Below are positions 1 through 9,190 of a stretch of 42,128 nucleotides of DNA, one piece after another. The notes under the pieces were generated by a model that was not told the DNA's origin, searched no databases, and was given only the letters and a program-made list of their open reading frames with translations. Made by a program: the position numbers and the translations under genes. This stretch comes from Vulcanimicrobiales bacterium (lineage in GTDB: Bacteria > Vulcanimicrobiota > Vulcanimicrobiia > Vulcanimicrobiales > Vulcanimicrobiaceae), in contig JBBRLI010000026.1 of NCBI GenBank assembly GCA_038231455.1, forward strand, positions 1 through 42,128. Reading direction: 5' to 3'. Positions within the stretch are counted from its first letter, which is position 1. Every line of letters begins with the position of its first letter.

Positions 1-1254
1 ACCTACATCCACCCCGTCGGCGACAACGTCGTGAGCCTCTCGTTCGATACGAACTCCGATAACTCGACGTTTCTATCGGGCGATCTCTCGCCGTACACCG
101 CGGCCAACCCCATTACGCTTGGGAACAACAATCTCGCCCAATTGCCGACCTTCAACCGCAAGAACACGGTGAGCATCGAATCGCAGATTCAGCTAACCTC
201 TTCGCTCAACGCGGGCCTGGGTCTCTACTTCTTCAACTGGAAGAGCAACACGTTTCAAGAAGACCCGGCGGTTTTCAATGCGATCATCGCAGCGAAAGGC
301 GACTTGAGTGCGTCGCCTCTCGCCTTGATTCCGCTCGTCAAATCGTTCAGCCACTTCGACCCGCATCTCGGCCTGACGTACCGCCCGAACGCGAACACCA
401 TCGTGCGCGCGAGCGCTGGCTCGGCGGTGACCGTGCCGTATCCGGGTATCGCCTCGGGCGTTCCGAACCTTGCGACGCCCGCACCGAACTCGCTTCAACC
501 CACGGTGTACACGTACAACGCTCCGAATCCGAATCTGCGCCCGCAGACGACGACGGCGTTCGACGTCGGCAGCGACTTTCGCTTACCAAACAATGCCATT
601 GTGAGCATCGATGCGTTCAGTAACCTGATCTACGATGCGTTCGCGTTCACGTCGTTTGGCTATCAGGGTCCAATTCAGGTCCCGGCCGGCTTCACGGTCC
701 AGCAGTCCTCGAACATCAATGCGGGTCTACGCCGCAACTACGGCGTTGAGTTCACCGTAGATCGCACGGTCGCGCAAGGCTTCGGCTACCGATTTACGAC
801 GACGCTGCAGCGCAATTTCTACGACCATCTCGACCCCTCGCTCTTCGTCACCCCGAATACCCTCGTGCCGCTCGCGCAGATCAACGGTCAGCCGACGGTG
901 CCGTTCTCCAAGGCCTACGCCGAGATTCGGTACACCGGCGTGAAAGGGTCGCTGATCACGTTCGGCGCCGAGTATAACGGCGCAAACAACCCGACGTCGG
1001 CCCCCGCCTACACGATCTACAATTCCACCCTCCGCGTCCCGGTCGGCAACGGCTTCATCATCCAACTCGCCGACGACAATATCTCGAACTACCAAACCGG
1101 CATTGCCGGGTACGGCGCCCTTTTCGGGGCGGGCTACGCCCCGCCGACCTACCAACTCACGGCGAACGGCGCGGTCGTCGGCCAGCGTAACAATAACAAC
1201 GCACTGCGCATTCCTGAGAACTACATCCGCCTCGGAATCAGCAAACAGTTCTAA
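1..1254 (+). CDS. TonB-dependent receptor, C-terminal beta-barrel part (5'-truncated by window edge)
   Basis: Frame is open from base 1 (TYIHPVGDN..). Motifs HFDPHLGLTYR, NPNLRPQTTTAFDVGSD and a C-terminal Phe (..ISKQF) align with the downstream TBDR (YFHPVGDN, HYDPHFGFNYR, NPNLKPETTVAYNLGGD, ..LTKKF). Confidence 0.85.
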   Translation, partial: TYIHPVGDNVVSLSFDTNSDNSTFLSGDLSPYTAANPITLGNNNLAQLPTFNRKNTVSIESQIQLTSSLNAGLGLYFFNWKSNTFQEDPAVFNAIIAAKGDLSASPLALIPLVKSFSHFDPHLGLTYRPNANTIVRASAGSAVTVPYPGIASGVPNLATPAPNSLQPTVYTYNAPNPNLRPQTTTAFDVGSDFRLPNNAIVSIDAFSNLIYDAFAFTSFGYQGPIQVPAGFTVQQSSNINAGLRRNYGVEFTVDRTVAQGFGYRFTTTLQRNFYDHLDPSLFVTPNTLVPLAQINGQPTVPFSKAYAEIRYTGVKGSLITFGAEYNGANNPTSAPAYTIYNSTLRVPVGNGFIIQLADDNISNYQTGIAGYGALFGAGYAPPTYQLTANGAVVGQRNNNNALRIPENYIRLGISKQF

Positions 1255-1276
1255 GCCGGACCGCTAGGACTACCAT

Positions 1277-1310
1277 GGGTCGCGATTTCGGTCGCGGCCC
1301 TATTTTTTGT
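1277..1310 (+). terminator. Rho-independent terminator
   Basis: GGGTCGCGAT-TTCG-GTCGCGGCCC stem-loop followed by TATTTTTTGT, 22 nt after the stop codon. Confidence 0.85.
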
Positions 1311-1329
1311 GCTCCACGTCCGCACGGTT

Positions 1330-1376
1330 CTTAAGTCGGCCTTAAGATTTAATCCGATCCTTAAATGATTCTTAAG
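1330..1376 (+). promoter_or_regulatory. Phased CTTAA(G/A) repeats, putative OmpR/PhoB-family (Pho-box-like) binding site
   Basis: CTTAAG at 1330 and 1341, CTTAAA at 1360 and CTTAAG at 1371 form two pairs with 11-bp spacing, plus TTTAAT at 1348, in an AT-rich patch upstream of the TBDR. Confidence 0.55.
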
Positions 1377-1440
1377 TTCGATCCGGTACGGTTCTCAGCG
1401 GCCCACTCTGCGGCCCATCCGTACGTAGGAGAGCTTTTTC

Positions 1441-4400
1441 GTGCGCAAATTCATCAGCGCGCTGGTATGCTCGGTGCTGTGCGTGACCTCGATCGTTGGA
1501 CCCGTCAGTGCGGCAACGACCGAATCGCGTCAAGTAGCCCAAGCAAACTCAGCATCAGGGACCCTCACTGGCTCCGTCATCGACGCTCGGGGCCAAGCGC
1601 TCCCGAACGCTCAAGTCATCGCCACGAGCACCGGTTCCAACTACACCACCACAACCGACAAAGACGGCCGCTTCACGCTCGCCGTCCCCGCGGGCGTCTA
1701 CTCCGTTGTCGTCAACAAGGGCGGCTTCCAGGGTTCGCAAGCCAACGGCGTTGCGGTCACCACCGGCGCATCGACCGCAATCGTGGTCTCGATGACCGTT
1801 GCAAGCTCCGGCTCGCTGACCACAATCGGCCGCACGTCATCGAACGTCGTGCGTAACCCGATCAACAACGGCGTCACTGCTACCTCGACGCTCGGAAGTG
1901 CGACGATCCAGGATCGCTCGAACGCGAACCTCTCGGATATCGTCCCCGAGCTTCCGGGCGTGACGCTCTCGCGCACGACCGGCGCAACGGCCAACTCATT
2001 CTTCGTCGCTCGCGGTGCCTACACGGAAACGCGCGTCAACATCGATGGCCATCCGCTCAGTTCGGGCACCTTCGGCAACTGGAACTCGAACTACGCTGTC
2101 GCGAACATCTTCGATAGCGTCGAAGTCGTCAAAGGCGCCGGCCTCAACGGTCCGACCGCTGGCGAATCGGCCGTCGGTACGATCAACCTGCGCACGCCCG
2201 ACTTCTTCGCGAAGAACGGCGGCCGCATCGAAATTGGCGTCGACGGCTACCAAGGCTCGTCGTACTCGTTCCTCGGCGGCGTGAACACCGCAAACAACAA
2301 GATCCAAATCGTTGCCGGAAAATCGTTCTCCGGCTACCGCGGCCCGCAAGACGGCTACCTTGCCAATCGCCAGGGCGCCAAGACCGCGACGCCGTTCGGC
2401 ACGTTCCAAGCCCCGGTCTACACGGGTCTTGATCAGTGGTACGGCGACTTGACCAACCGCTACACGCTCGAAGGCGAAATCGCGAAGATCAAGTTCAACT
2501 TCACCGATTCGACCTCGCTTTCGTTCTCGTATCTCGGACTTCAGGGCCAGTACGGTCCGCAAGGCGGCGCGTACGCCAGCTTCAATGGCTATCAGACGAT
2601 CGCGCAGTGCTTCAACGGCTCGACGCCGGGCGCCGGTGCCACCTGCACCAACACGTCGACGTACAATCCGCCGTACGCGACGAGCGCCATCGGCACGCAA
2701 GTTCCGGTCTACAACTGGTTCCCCAACTCCGTCGTTCAGAACAGCGAACCGCAGTTCTCGGCCGAACTCCGCACGTCGATTAAAAACGACACGCTGCTGA
2801 TTCGCCCGTACACCGCGCAGATCTACCGCTTCATCGACGGCTCGCAAGAAAACAAGTACGCTGGTAACGGCGGCGCCTGGTTCCAAGTGACCAACTCGGC
2901 GAATTGCCAAGTCGCGTTCGTTGCCGCATCGGCAGCTAACGGCGGCGCCAAAGGCCCGTGCTTCGGCTCGGGCGCGACGATCACCGATTCCGGCTATGTC
3001 GGCAACGACACGACGCCGCATCACTTCCAAACGACGACGATCGCGCCGACATGTTCGGTTGCCGCTCCCTGCTATACAACCGCGACCGCGCAAGGCAACA
3101 ACGGCGAATTCGGCTACGGAACACCCTTCAGCCAGCCGGAGCTCGATCGTCTCCGCGGCGTGACGTTCCAGTACTTCCACCCGGTCGGCGACAACCAGTA
3201 CGGTTTCAGCTACGATTACAATCGCGAAGAAACCGCATCGACAACGGGCGACACCGGCATCCCGCCTGCAGGCTGCACGGCGACCGCCGGTGGCGGCGGC
3301 GCGAACACCGCAGCGAACGCGAAGCTCGGCTATCAACCGACGTGTCCGCTGATCTCGCTCCCGCGCTCGCCGATCAGCATCCCCGATACGATCATCACGA
3401 AGAACGACCTCGCGCTGACGGCACAGCTTCAGCTCACGCCGAAACTGCAGTTCGCCTTCGGTAACTACTTCACGAGCTACAAAGCGCAGGCACAGACGCA
3501 AGATACCGCGGTCCTCGCTGCGTACGGTAAAGCCGGAAATCAATCCGCGGCTCCCGTTGCACTGATCCCGATCACGAACAACTACAGCCACTACGACCCG
3601 CACTTCGGGTTTAACTACCGCCTCAATCGCGACACGTCGCTCCGCTTCACCGCGGGCTCATCAATTACGACACCGTACGCCTCGCAGATCTCGGGCTTCG
3701 GCAGCGTCGATCTTCCGAACGGTGCCAACAACAACACCTACACGCTGACGAACCCCAATCCAAATCTCAAACCCGAGACGACGGTCGCGTACAACCTCGG
3801 CGGCGACTTCCGCCTCAACGGTGGCGCGCTCGTAACGATCGACGCGTTCGACAATACGATCCACGACGCGTTCGTCGCAAACCGCACGCAGCTCACGCTC
3901 GATCCGGCAACGCAGGCGCTCTACGCCCCGACCTCGGCCGTTCTCGCCTCGACGCAGAACGTTTCGCTGCTGCGCAGCAAAGGTCTGGAACTTGGCATCT
4001 ACAAAACGCCCGCGATCGGCTTCGGCTACCTGCTCTCAACGACGTTCCAGCGCGCCTACCTCGACCAGCTGCCTTCAAGCATCTACACACCGGGTCGCGG
4101 CTCGACGCTCGTCAACCTCAAGCAACTCGACGGCAGCGTCAACGGACAGGCTTCGATCCCGTATTCGAAAGCGTACGCGCAACTTCAATACGCCGGTCTG
4201 AAGAACTCGCTCGTCACGCTCGGCGCCGACTACGAGGGCTCGAACAACTCGACGTACGGTCCGGCCTACGTCATCTACAACTCCACGATCAAGTTCGACC
4301 TCGCGCCGCAGACTTCGTTCAAACTCGCGATCGACAACTTGCTCAACCTCTCGACGGGCTCCGCCCTTGGGCGATCGCTCAACGGCCAGGGCAGCGAGCA

Positions 4401-4521
4401 GCTCCAAGCTACGGTAAACGCCGCCGGACAAGTGGTTCCGTTCTCGACCTCACCCCGAAACAACGCGCTCCAGCAGATCAACTTCCGCACCTATCGCTTC
4501 TTGCTCACCAAGAAGTTCTAA
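1441..4521 (+). CDS. TonB-dependent receptor with N-terminal carboxypeptidase-regulatory-like domain
   Basis: AGGAG RBS before GTG; signal peptide; GTLTGSVIDARGQALPNAQV..TTTTDKDGRF domain; plug (ELPGVT, VNIDGHP, VEVVKG, GTINLRT); barrel with NPNLKPE; terminal Phe. Confidence 0.9.
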   Translation: MRKFISALVCSVLCVTSIVGPVSAATTESRQVAQANSASGTLTGSVIDARGQALPNAQVIATSTGSNYTTTTDKDGRFTLAVPAGVYSVVVNKGGFQGSQANGVAVTTGASTAIVVSMTVASSGSLTTIGRTSSNVVRNPINNGVTATSTLGSATIQDRSNANLSDIVPELPGVTLSRTTGATANSFFVARGAYTETRVNIDGHPLSSGTFGNWNSNYAVANIFDSVEVVKGAGLNGPTAGESAVGTINLRTPDFFAKNGGRIEIGVDGYQGSSYSFLGGVNTANNKIQIVAGKSFSGYRGPQDGYLANRQGAKTATPFGTFQAPVYTGLDQWYGDLTNRYTLEGEIAKIKFNFTDSTSLSFSYLGLQGQYGPQGGAYASFNGYQTIAQCFNGSTPGAGATCTNTSTYNPPYATSAIGTQVPVYNWFPNSVVQNSEPQFSAELRTSIKNDTLLIRPYTAQIYRFIDGSQENKYAGNGGAWFQVTNSANCQVAFVAASAANGGAKGPCFGSGATITDSGYVGNDTTPHHFQTTTIAPTCSVAAPCYTTATAQGNNGEFGYGTPFSQPELDRLRGVTFQYFHPVGDNQYGFSYDYNREETASTTGDTGIPPAGCTATAGGGGANTAANAKLGYQPTCPLISLPRSPISIPDTIITKNDLALTAQLQLTPKLQFAFGNYFTSYKAQAQTQDTAVLAAYGKAGNQSAAPVALIPITNNYSHYDPHFGFNYRLNRDTSLRFTAGSSITTPYASQISGFGSVDLPNGANNNTYTLTNPNPNLKPETTVAYNLGGDFRLNGGALVTIDAFDNTIHDAFVANRTQLTLDPATQALYAPTSAVLASTQNVSLLRSKGLELGIYKTPAIGFGYLLSTTFQRAYLDQLPSSIYTPGRGSTLVNLKQLDGSVNGQASIPYSKAYAQLQYAGLKNSLVTLGADYEGSNNSTYGPAYVIYNSTIKFDLAPQTSFKLAIDNLLNLSTGSALGRSLNGQGSEQLQATVNAAGQVVPFSTSPRNNALQQINFRTYRFLLTKKF

Positions 4522-4538
4522 GCCGGAACCGGTCTTCG

Positions 4539-4579
4539 GAAAAACGGCACTCGCCTTACGGCGGGTGTCGTTTTTCTTT
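4539..4579 (+). terminator. Rho-independent terminator (possibly bidirectional)
   Basis: GAAAAACGGCACTCGCC-TTAC-GGCGGGTGTCGTTTTTC stem-loop followed by TTT. Confidence 0.8.
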
Positions 4580-4594
4580 GGCGAAGAAGCCGCC

Positions 4595-5053
4595 ATGCCG
4601 AACTATTGGCTCTTCAAGAGCGAACCCGAAGCCTACAGTATCGAGCGCCTCAAAAAAGAGAAGCGCACGGAGTGGTCCGGCGTGCGCAACTATCAGGCGC
4701 GCAACAACATGATCGCGATGGAGATCGGCGATCTTGGGTTTTTCTATCACAGCGTGCTGCAGCCGCCGGGGATCGTCGGTATCTGCAAGGTCGTAAAAAA
4801 AGCCTACCCCGACTTCACCGCACTCGACCCCAAGAGCGACTACTACGACGTGAAAGCCAGCCCAGAAAAACCCATCTGGCAGATGGTCGATGTCGCATTC
4901 GAGCGCGCGTTTCCGCGGCTGATCGGTTTACCGGAACTGCGCGAGATGAAGGCGCTTGTAGGGATGCCACTCGTGCAAAAAGGCTCCCGACTCTCGGTTC
5001 AACCCGTCACGCCCGCGCAGTGGAAGGCGATCCTCAAGGTCGCCGACGGATAG
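4595..5053 (+). CDS. EVE domain-containing protein (THYN1-like)
   Basis: YWLFKSEP..YSI..W.GVRNYQARN..M.IGD..FFYHS, DPKSDYYD, W.MVDV and RLSVQPV motifs. ATG 4595 preferred over GTG 4565, which lies inside the terminator. Confidence 0.92.
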   Translation: MPNYWLFKSEPEAYSIERLKKEKRTEWSGVRNYQARNNMIAMEIGDLGFFYHSVLQPPGIVGICKVVKKAYPDFTALDPKSDYYDVKASPEKPIWQMVDVAFERAFPRLIGLPELREMKALVGMPLVQKGSRLSVQPVTPAQWKAILKVADG

Positions 5054-5067
5054 CCAGAAGGCGAAAA

Positions 5068-5541
5068 TTACCGTCTAAGTGGGCGGCTAATTTCCGTTTG
5101 CTTCATTGCGATTGTGCCGATCAAAGAATGCTCGATCCACGGAAGGCGCGTATCGAACACCGTTATCTCGACCATCATGGGCAGCAGTAGAGCGATTCGC
5201 CGGGGAAGCCGCTTGCAAACCGGTCCGAACTCCGCCTCGAGCTTCTGCTGATCGGGACAGTGAAACGGGATACCATCAATCGTCATATCGTCGGTAAGAA
5301 AGACGCGGCTAATGTCTTCACGTCCCTCGATTTTAACAACGATATACGGCGAAATCAGAGCATGATCACGATTCGGATTGTATCCGAGCAAGAGCGCGCG
5401 TACCGTCGTTAATTCTGAGGAGTTATTTGGACGTACTGGGTGATTGTAGATTATCAGGTCGCTCTGTTCTGAGCCGAATGCTGAAGTGCCAAGCAACGCA
5501 CAAGATAGAAGCGCGACAAAAAACCTAACGATTCGAATCAC
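5068..5541 (-). CDS. Hypothetical secreted protein, AT-rich
   Basis: From GTG 5541 the ORF reads as a signal peptide (IRIVRFFVALLSCALLGTSAFG); it fills the gap between EVE and ppk1. No family recognised. Confidence 0.55.
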   Translation of the reverse strand: MIRIVRFFVALLSCALLGTSAFGSEQSDLIIYNHPVRPNNSSELTTVRALLLGYNPNRDHALISPYIVVKIEGREDISRVFLTDDMTIDGIPFHCPDQQKLEAEFGPVCKRLPRRIALLLPMMVEITVFDTRLPWIEHSLIGTIAMKQTEISRPLRR

Positions 5542-5563
5542 GATAAGAGAATCGTCGCTCGGT

Positions 5564-7684
5564 CTAAACGGCTTGGTGCCGCTTGAGGAAGATCTGCTGC
5601 GCATCGACGCGTTTTTCGCCCGGTAAGATGCCGCGGCGCTCGTAGCTGCCGTCGGCGTTGAGGACGCGGGCCTTCACGTTGTCCGCTAAGAGCACGTCCA
5701 TGATCTCATTGCAGATGATGTCCCCGAGCTCGACGTCCAGCACCGGCACGACGGTCTCAACGCGGCGGTCGAGATTGCGGCCCATCCAATCGGCGCTGCC
5801 CATATAGACTTCGCGGTCGCCGCCGTTGTTGAAGATGAACGCGCGCGAGTGCTCGAGGAAGCGTCCGACGATGCTGCGCACGCGGATCGTCTCGCTCACG
5901 CCCGGAACTCCCGGCCGCAGCACGCACATGCCGCGGATGATCAAGTCGATCGGCACGCCCGCGCGCGAGGCTTCGTACAGCGCGCGGGTGATGCGCGCGT
6001 CGCTAATGGCATTCAACTTCGCAACGATACCGCTCGGACGTCCGGCCCGCGCGTGTTCGGTCTCGCGCTCGATCAATTCCATGAAGCCGGTCCGCAAGCC
6101 GGCGGGTGCGACGAGCAGTTCTTCGTACGTGGTGGCCTTCGAGAAACCGGTGAGCGAGTTGAAGAGCTGGGTGACGTCGGCGCCCAGGATCGGACGGCAC
6201 GTGAACAGCGAGAGATCGGTATAGATTTTCGCGGTCTTGTCGTTGTAATTGCCGGTGCCAAAGTGCATGTAGCGGCGGATACCTTCGGGCTCGTTCCGCA
6301 CCACGAGCGTGACTTTTGCATGCGTTTTCAGTCCGGCAAAACCGTAGACGACGTGCGCGCCGACGCGCTCCAAGTTGCGCGCCCAGTGGATATTGTTTTC
6401 TTCATCGAAACGCGCTTTGAGTTCGATTAGCGCCGCGACTTGCGTGCCGTTTTCAGCCGCGTCGATCAGGGCCGAGACGACCGGCGAATCGCCGGAGGTG
6501 CGATACAGCGTCTGCTTGATCGCGAGCACGTTCGGATCGGCGGCCGCTTGACGTACGAACTGCACGACCGGATCGAACGAGTCGTACGGGTGGTGGAGCA
6601 GCAGATCGCCTTCGCGAATCGCGGCGAAAATGTCGTTCGTCCCGACCAGGCGCTTGGGGATCGACGGCGTGAATGGCGGATCGTGCAAACCCGGCTCATC
6701 GACGCTCACGAGCGTCCACAGATCGGAGGTCGCGAGCATCCCCTTCATCGGATAACAGTCGATCGGCGAGAGCGACAGCTCATCGAGCAGCATGTCGCGC
6801 AACGCTTCGGGCATCCCGTACTCGACTTCGAGCCGCACGGGTTCGCCAAATCGGCGCTTGCGGAGCTCCGATTCGATCATCGCAAGCAGATCGTCGGCTT
6901 CGTCTTCCTGCAGATCGAGATCGGCGTCGCGCGTCACACGGAACGTGTAGGACGCCTTCACCGTCATCCCGGGGAAGAGTTCGCTCAAATTATGCGCGAT
7001 GATATCTTCGATGAGCACAAACCAGCGCTGGCCGTCGGGCGCGTGATCGATCGGCACGTAGCGCGGCAAGGTCTGCGGCACTTTGACGCGCGCAAAATAC
7101 GCGGTCTGCCCCTCATCGAGCGTCTCTTCGAGTTCGACGGCAAGCGAGAGCGAAAGATTGGAGATATACGGAAACGGATGACCGGCGTCGATCGCAAGGG
7201 GCGTGAGCACGGGAAACACGCGCTCCATGAAAAACGCTCCCAGCGCCGCCTTATTCGTGGAATCCAGGTGATGATAAGCAAGAATTCTGATGCCGTGGCG
7301 TTCGAGCGCCGGCAGGAGGGCGTTTCGTAAGCAGTCCATCTGGCGGTCGACCGACACGCGCAGGCGCTCGGAGATCGCAAGCAGCTGCTCTTCCGGCAGC
7401 TGGCCGTCGTCAGAGCGTTTGTGGATCTCCGCTTCGACCTGTTGTTTGAGCCCCGCGACGCGGATCATAAAGTACTCGTCGAGGTTGGTCCCGTAAATTG
7501 CGATGAACTTCAAGCGTTCGAGCAAGGGGTTGCGCTCGTCGAGCGCTTCCTCAAGAACGCGGTCATTGAACTCAAGCCACGAAAGCTCGCGGTTAATGTA
7601 TAAGCTCGGATCGTCCAGCGATAGCGCGGCAGCAAGCGGCTGCGGTCGGCCCTGCGCTTCGACCTCGGAACGTCCGGTAATCAT
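5564..7684 (-). CDS. ppk1: Polyphosphate kinase 1
   Basis: YINRELSWLEFNDRVLEEA, NLDEYFMIRVAGL, HPFPYISNLSL, LLHHPYDSF, IKQTLYRT, ELKARFDEENNI, KTHAK, GTGNYN, GRFLEHSR, SADWMGRNLDRRVE. Start ATG 7684 is inferred. Confidence 0.97.
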   Translation of the reverse strand: MITGRSEVEAQGRPQPLAAALSLDDPSLYINRELSWLEFNDRVLEEALDERNPLLERLKFIAIYGTNLDEYFMIRVAGLKQQVEAEIHKRSDDGQLPEEQLLAISERLRVSVDRQMDCLRNALLPALERHGIRILAYHHLDSTNKAALGAFFMERVFPVLTPLAIDAGHPFPYISNLSLSLAVELEETLDEGQTAYFARVKVPQTLPRYVPIDHAPDGQRWFVLIEDIIAHNLSELFPGMTVKASYTFRVTRDADLDLQEDEADDLLAMIESELRKRRFGEPVRLEVEYGMPEALRDMLLDELSLSPIDCYPMKGMLATSDLWTLVSVDEPGLHDPPFTPSIPKRLVGTNDIFAAIREGDLLLHHPYDSFDPVVQFVRQAAADPNVLAIKQTLYRTSGDSPVVSALIDAAENGTQVAALIELKARFDEENNIHWARNLERVGAHVVYGFAGLKTHAKVTLVVRNEPEGIRRYMHFGTGNYNDKTAKIYTDLSLFTCRPILGADVTQLFNSLTGFSKATTYEELLVAPAGLRTGFMELIERETEHARAGRPSGIVAKLNAISDARITRALYEASRAGVPIDLIIRGMCVLRPGVPGVSETIRVRSIVGRFLEHSRAFIFNNGGDREVYMGSADWMGRNLDRRVETVVPVLDVELGDIICNEIMDVLLADNVKARVLNADGSYERRGILPGEKRVDAQQIFLKRHQAV

Positions 7685-7702
7685 CGGAACGGGGTTCGCC
7701 GC

Positions 7703-8308
7703 TTGACGGCAGACTTCATCGCCCACCTCGGGACGCATGTGGCGCTCGCGATCTCAGCGCTCCTCGCCGCGCTCATCATCGGCATTCCCCTCGCCGCCGC
7801 GATCGCCGACCGTAACCGGCTTCGTTCCGTAACGCTCGGCGCGACCAACGTGATACGCGTGATCCCGAGCCTCGCCGTTCTCGTTCTCGCGTTGCCATTT
7901 CTTGGGGTCGGTTTCCGCCCAGCTCTCCTGGCCCTCGCGCTGCTCGCGATTCCCCCGATCGTCATCAACACGGACCTTGGATTGCGATCCGTCCCCGCGC
8001 CGCTCTTAGAGGCCGCGCGAGGTCTCGGCATGACCGCCGATCAGATCAGCCGACGCGTTCGTTGGCCGCTGGCCGCACCGGTGATTCTGGCGGGCATCCG
8101 CACGGCAGCCGTCGAGGTCATCGCAAGCGCTACACTGGCGGCCTTCATCGGTGGCGGTGGTCTGGGCGAGTACATCGTCGATGGCCTCGCCAACCAAGAC
8201 TATGCCGAGTTGCTTACCGGCGCTCTTGCCGTTGCGACGCTCGCGATTCTCACCGAACTCGCCCTCGGCGCGCTCACGCGCCGCCTCACCGCCAAAGGAC
8301 AACCATGA
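7703..8308 (+). CDS. Osmoprotectant/betaine ABC transporter permease
   Basis: IPSLAVL, EAA loop (LLEAARGLGMT), ATLAAFIGGGGLGEYI; OpuBB/OpuCB type. Confidence 0.9.
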   Translation: MTADFIAHLGTHVALAISALLAALIIGIPLAAAIADRNRLRSVTLGATNVIRVIPSLAVLVLALPFLGVGFRPALLALALLAIPPIVINTDLGLRSVPAPLLEAARGLGMTADQISRRVRWPLAAPVILAGIRTAAVEVIASATLAAFIGGGGLGEYIVDGLANQDYAELLTGALAVATLAILTELALGALTRRLTAKGQP

Positions 8309-9189
8309 AACGCGCTCAGGCTCTCACGCTTCTCGGCTCCGCCGCGCTCGCCGGATGCGGCGGCGGTGGCAGCACGCAAACCATCGCGATCGGTTCAAAG
8401 AATTTCACCGAAGAACTCATCATCGGCGAGATTTATGCGCTCGTCCTCGAGCAGCAAGGGTTCAAAGTGAATCGCAAGCTCAATCTCGGTGGCACCGAGA
8501 TCGCGCAGGCGGCACTGGTGCGCGGCGACATCGACCTCTATCCCGAGTACACGGGCACCGCGCTGATCGACGTGCTCAAACTTCCCGTTCAGCACGATGC
8601 CGCCGCGATCTATTCAACGGTGAAGTCGGCATACGAGCAAAAATTTCAGTTGACGTGGCTCGACCCCGCGCCGTTCAACGATTCGCAAGGTCTTGCAACG
8701 ACCAAAGCGATCGCCGCAAAATACAACCTCAAGACGCTCAGCGATCTCAGCCGCGCAGCATCGCAGCTGCGCCTCGGCTCGATCCCCGAATTCGTCAAGC
8801 GTCCCGATGCATTACCGGGCTTGCAAAAAGCGTACGGCGGATTCGTCTTCAAGGACATCAAGCTCTTCGATATCGGCTTGAAGTACAAGGCGCTGCTCTC
8901 CGGCGCCGTCGATGTCGTCGTTGCTTTTACAACCGAAGGCGCGCTCTCATCGGACGATCTTGTGGTCTTCGTCGACGACAAGCATTTCTGGCCGACGTAT
9001 CAAGTCGCGCCGGTGATCCGGCAAGCGACGCTCAAGGCGATGCCCGCGATCGCAACGCATCTCAACAAAGTTGCGCCGAACCTCTCGGATGCAACGATGC
9101 GCGAACTCAACAACATGGTCGACGGCACGCAGAAGCGCGACGCCGCGGACGTGGCACGCGAATTCGTGAAGACGCACGGCCTCGTCTAG
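8305..9189 (+). CDS. Betaine-type ABC transporter substrate-binding lipoprotein (OpuCC/OsmF/EgtU-like)
   Basis: Lipobox LAGC; GSKNFTE, YPEYTGT, EFVKRPDALPGL, DDKHFWPTYQ; ATGA overlap with the permease. Confidence 0.9.
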   Translation: MKRAQALTLLGSAALAGCGGGGSTQTIAIGSKNFTEELIIGEIYALVLEQQGFKVNRKLNLGGTEIAQAALVRGDIDLYPEYTGTALIDVLKLPVQHDAAAIYSTVKSAYEQKFQLTWLDPAPFNDSQGLATTKAIAAKYNLKTLSDLSRAASQLRLGSIPEFVKRPDALPGLQKAYGGFVFKDIKLFDIGLKYKALLSGAVDVVVAFTTEGALSSDDLVVFVDDKHFWPTYQVAPVIRQATLKAMPAIATHLNKVAPNLSDATMRELNNMVDGTQKRDAADVAREFVKTHGLV

Positions 9190-9190
9190 C

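Noticed and set aside
1996-3603. Long antisense or alternate-frame ORFs (also 26495-27982, 15956-16954, 34500-35498, 8151-9263)
   Set aside because: They are shadows of strongly codon-biased GC-rich genes: Arg/Val-rich, with no family motifs.
4595-5053. EVE domain as part of a modification-dependent restriction/defence system
   Set aside because: It is a stand-alone THYN1-type EVE with no nuclease or ATPase neighbour.
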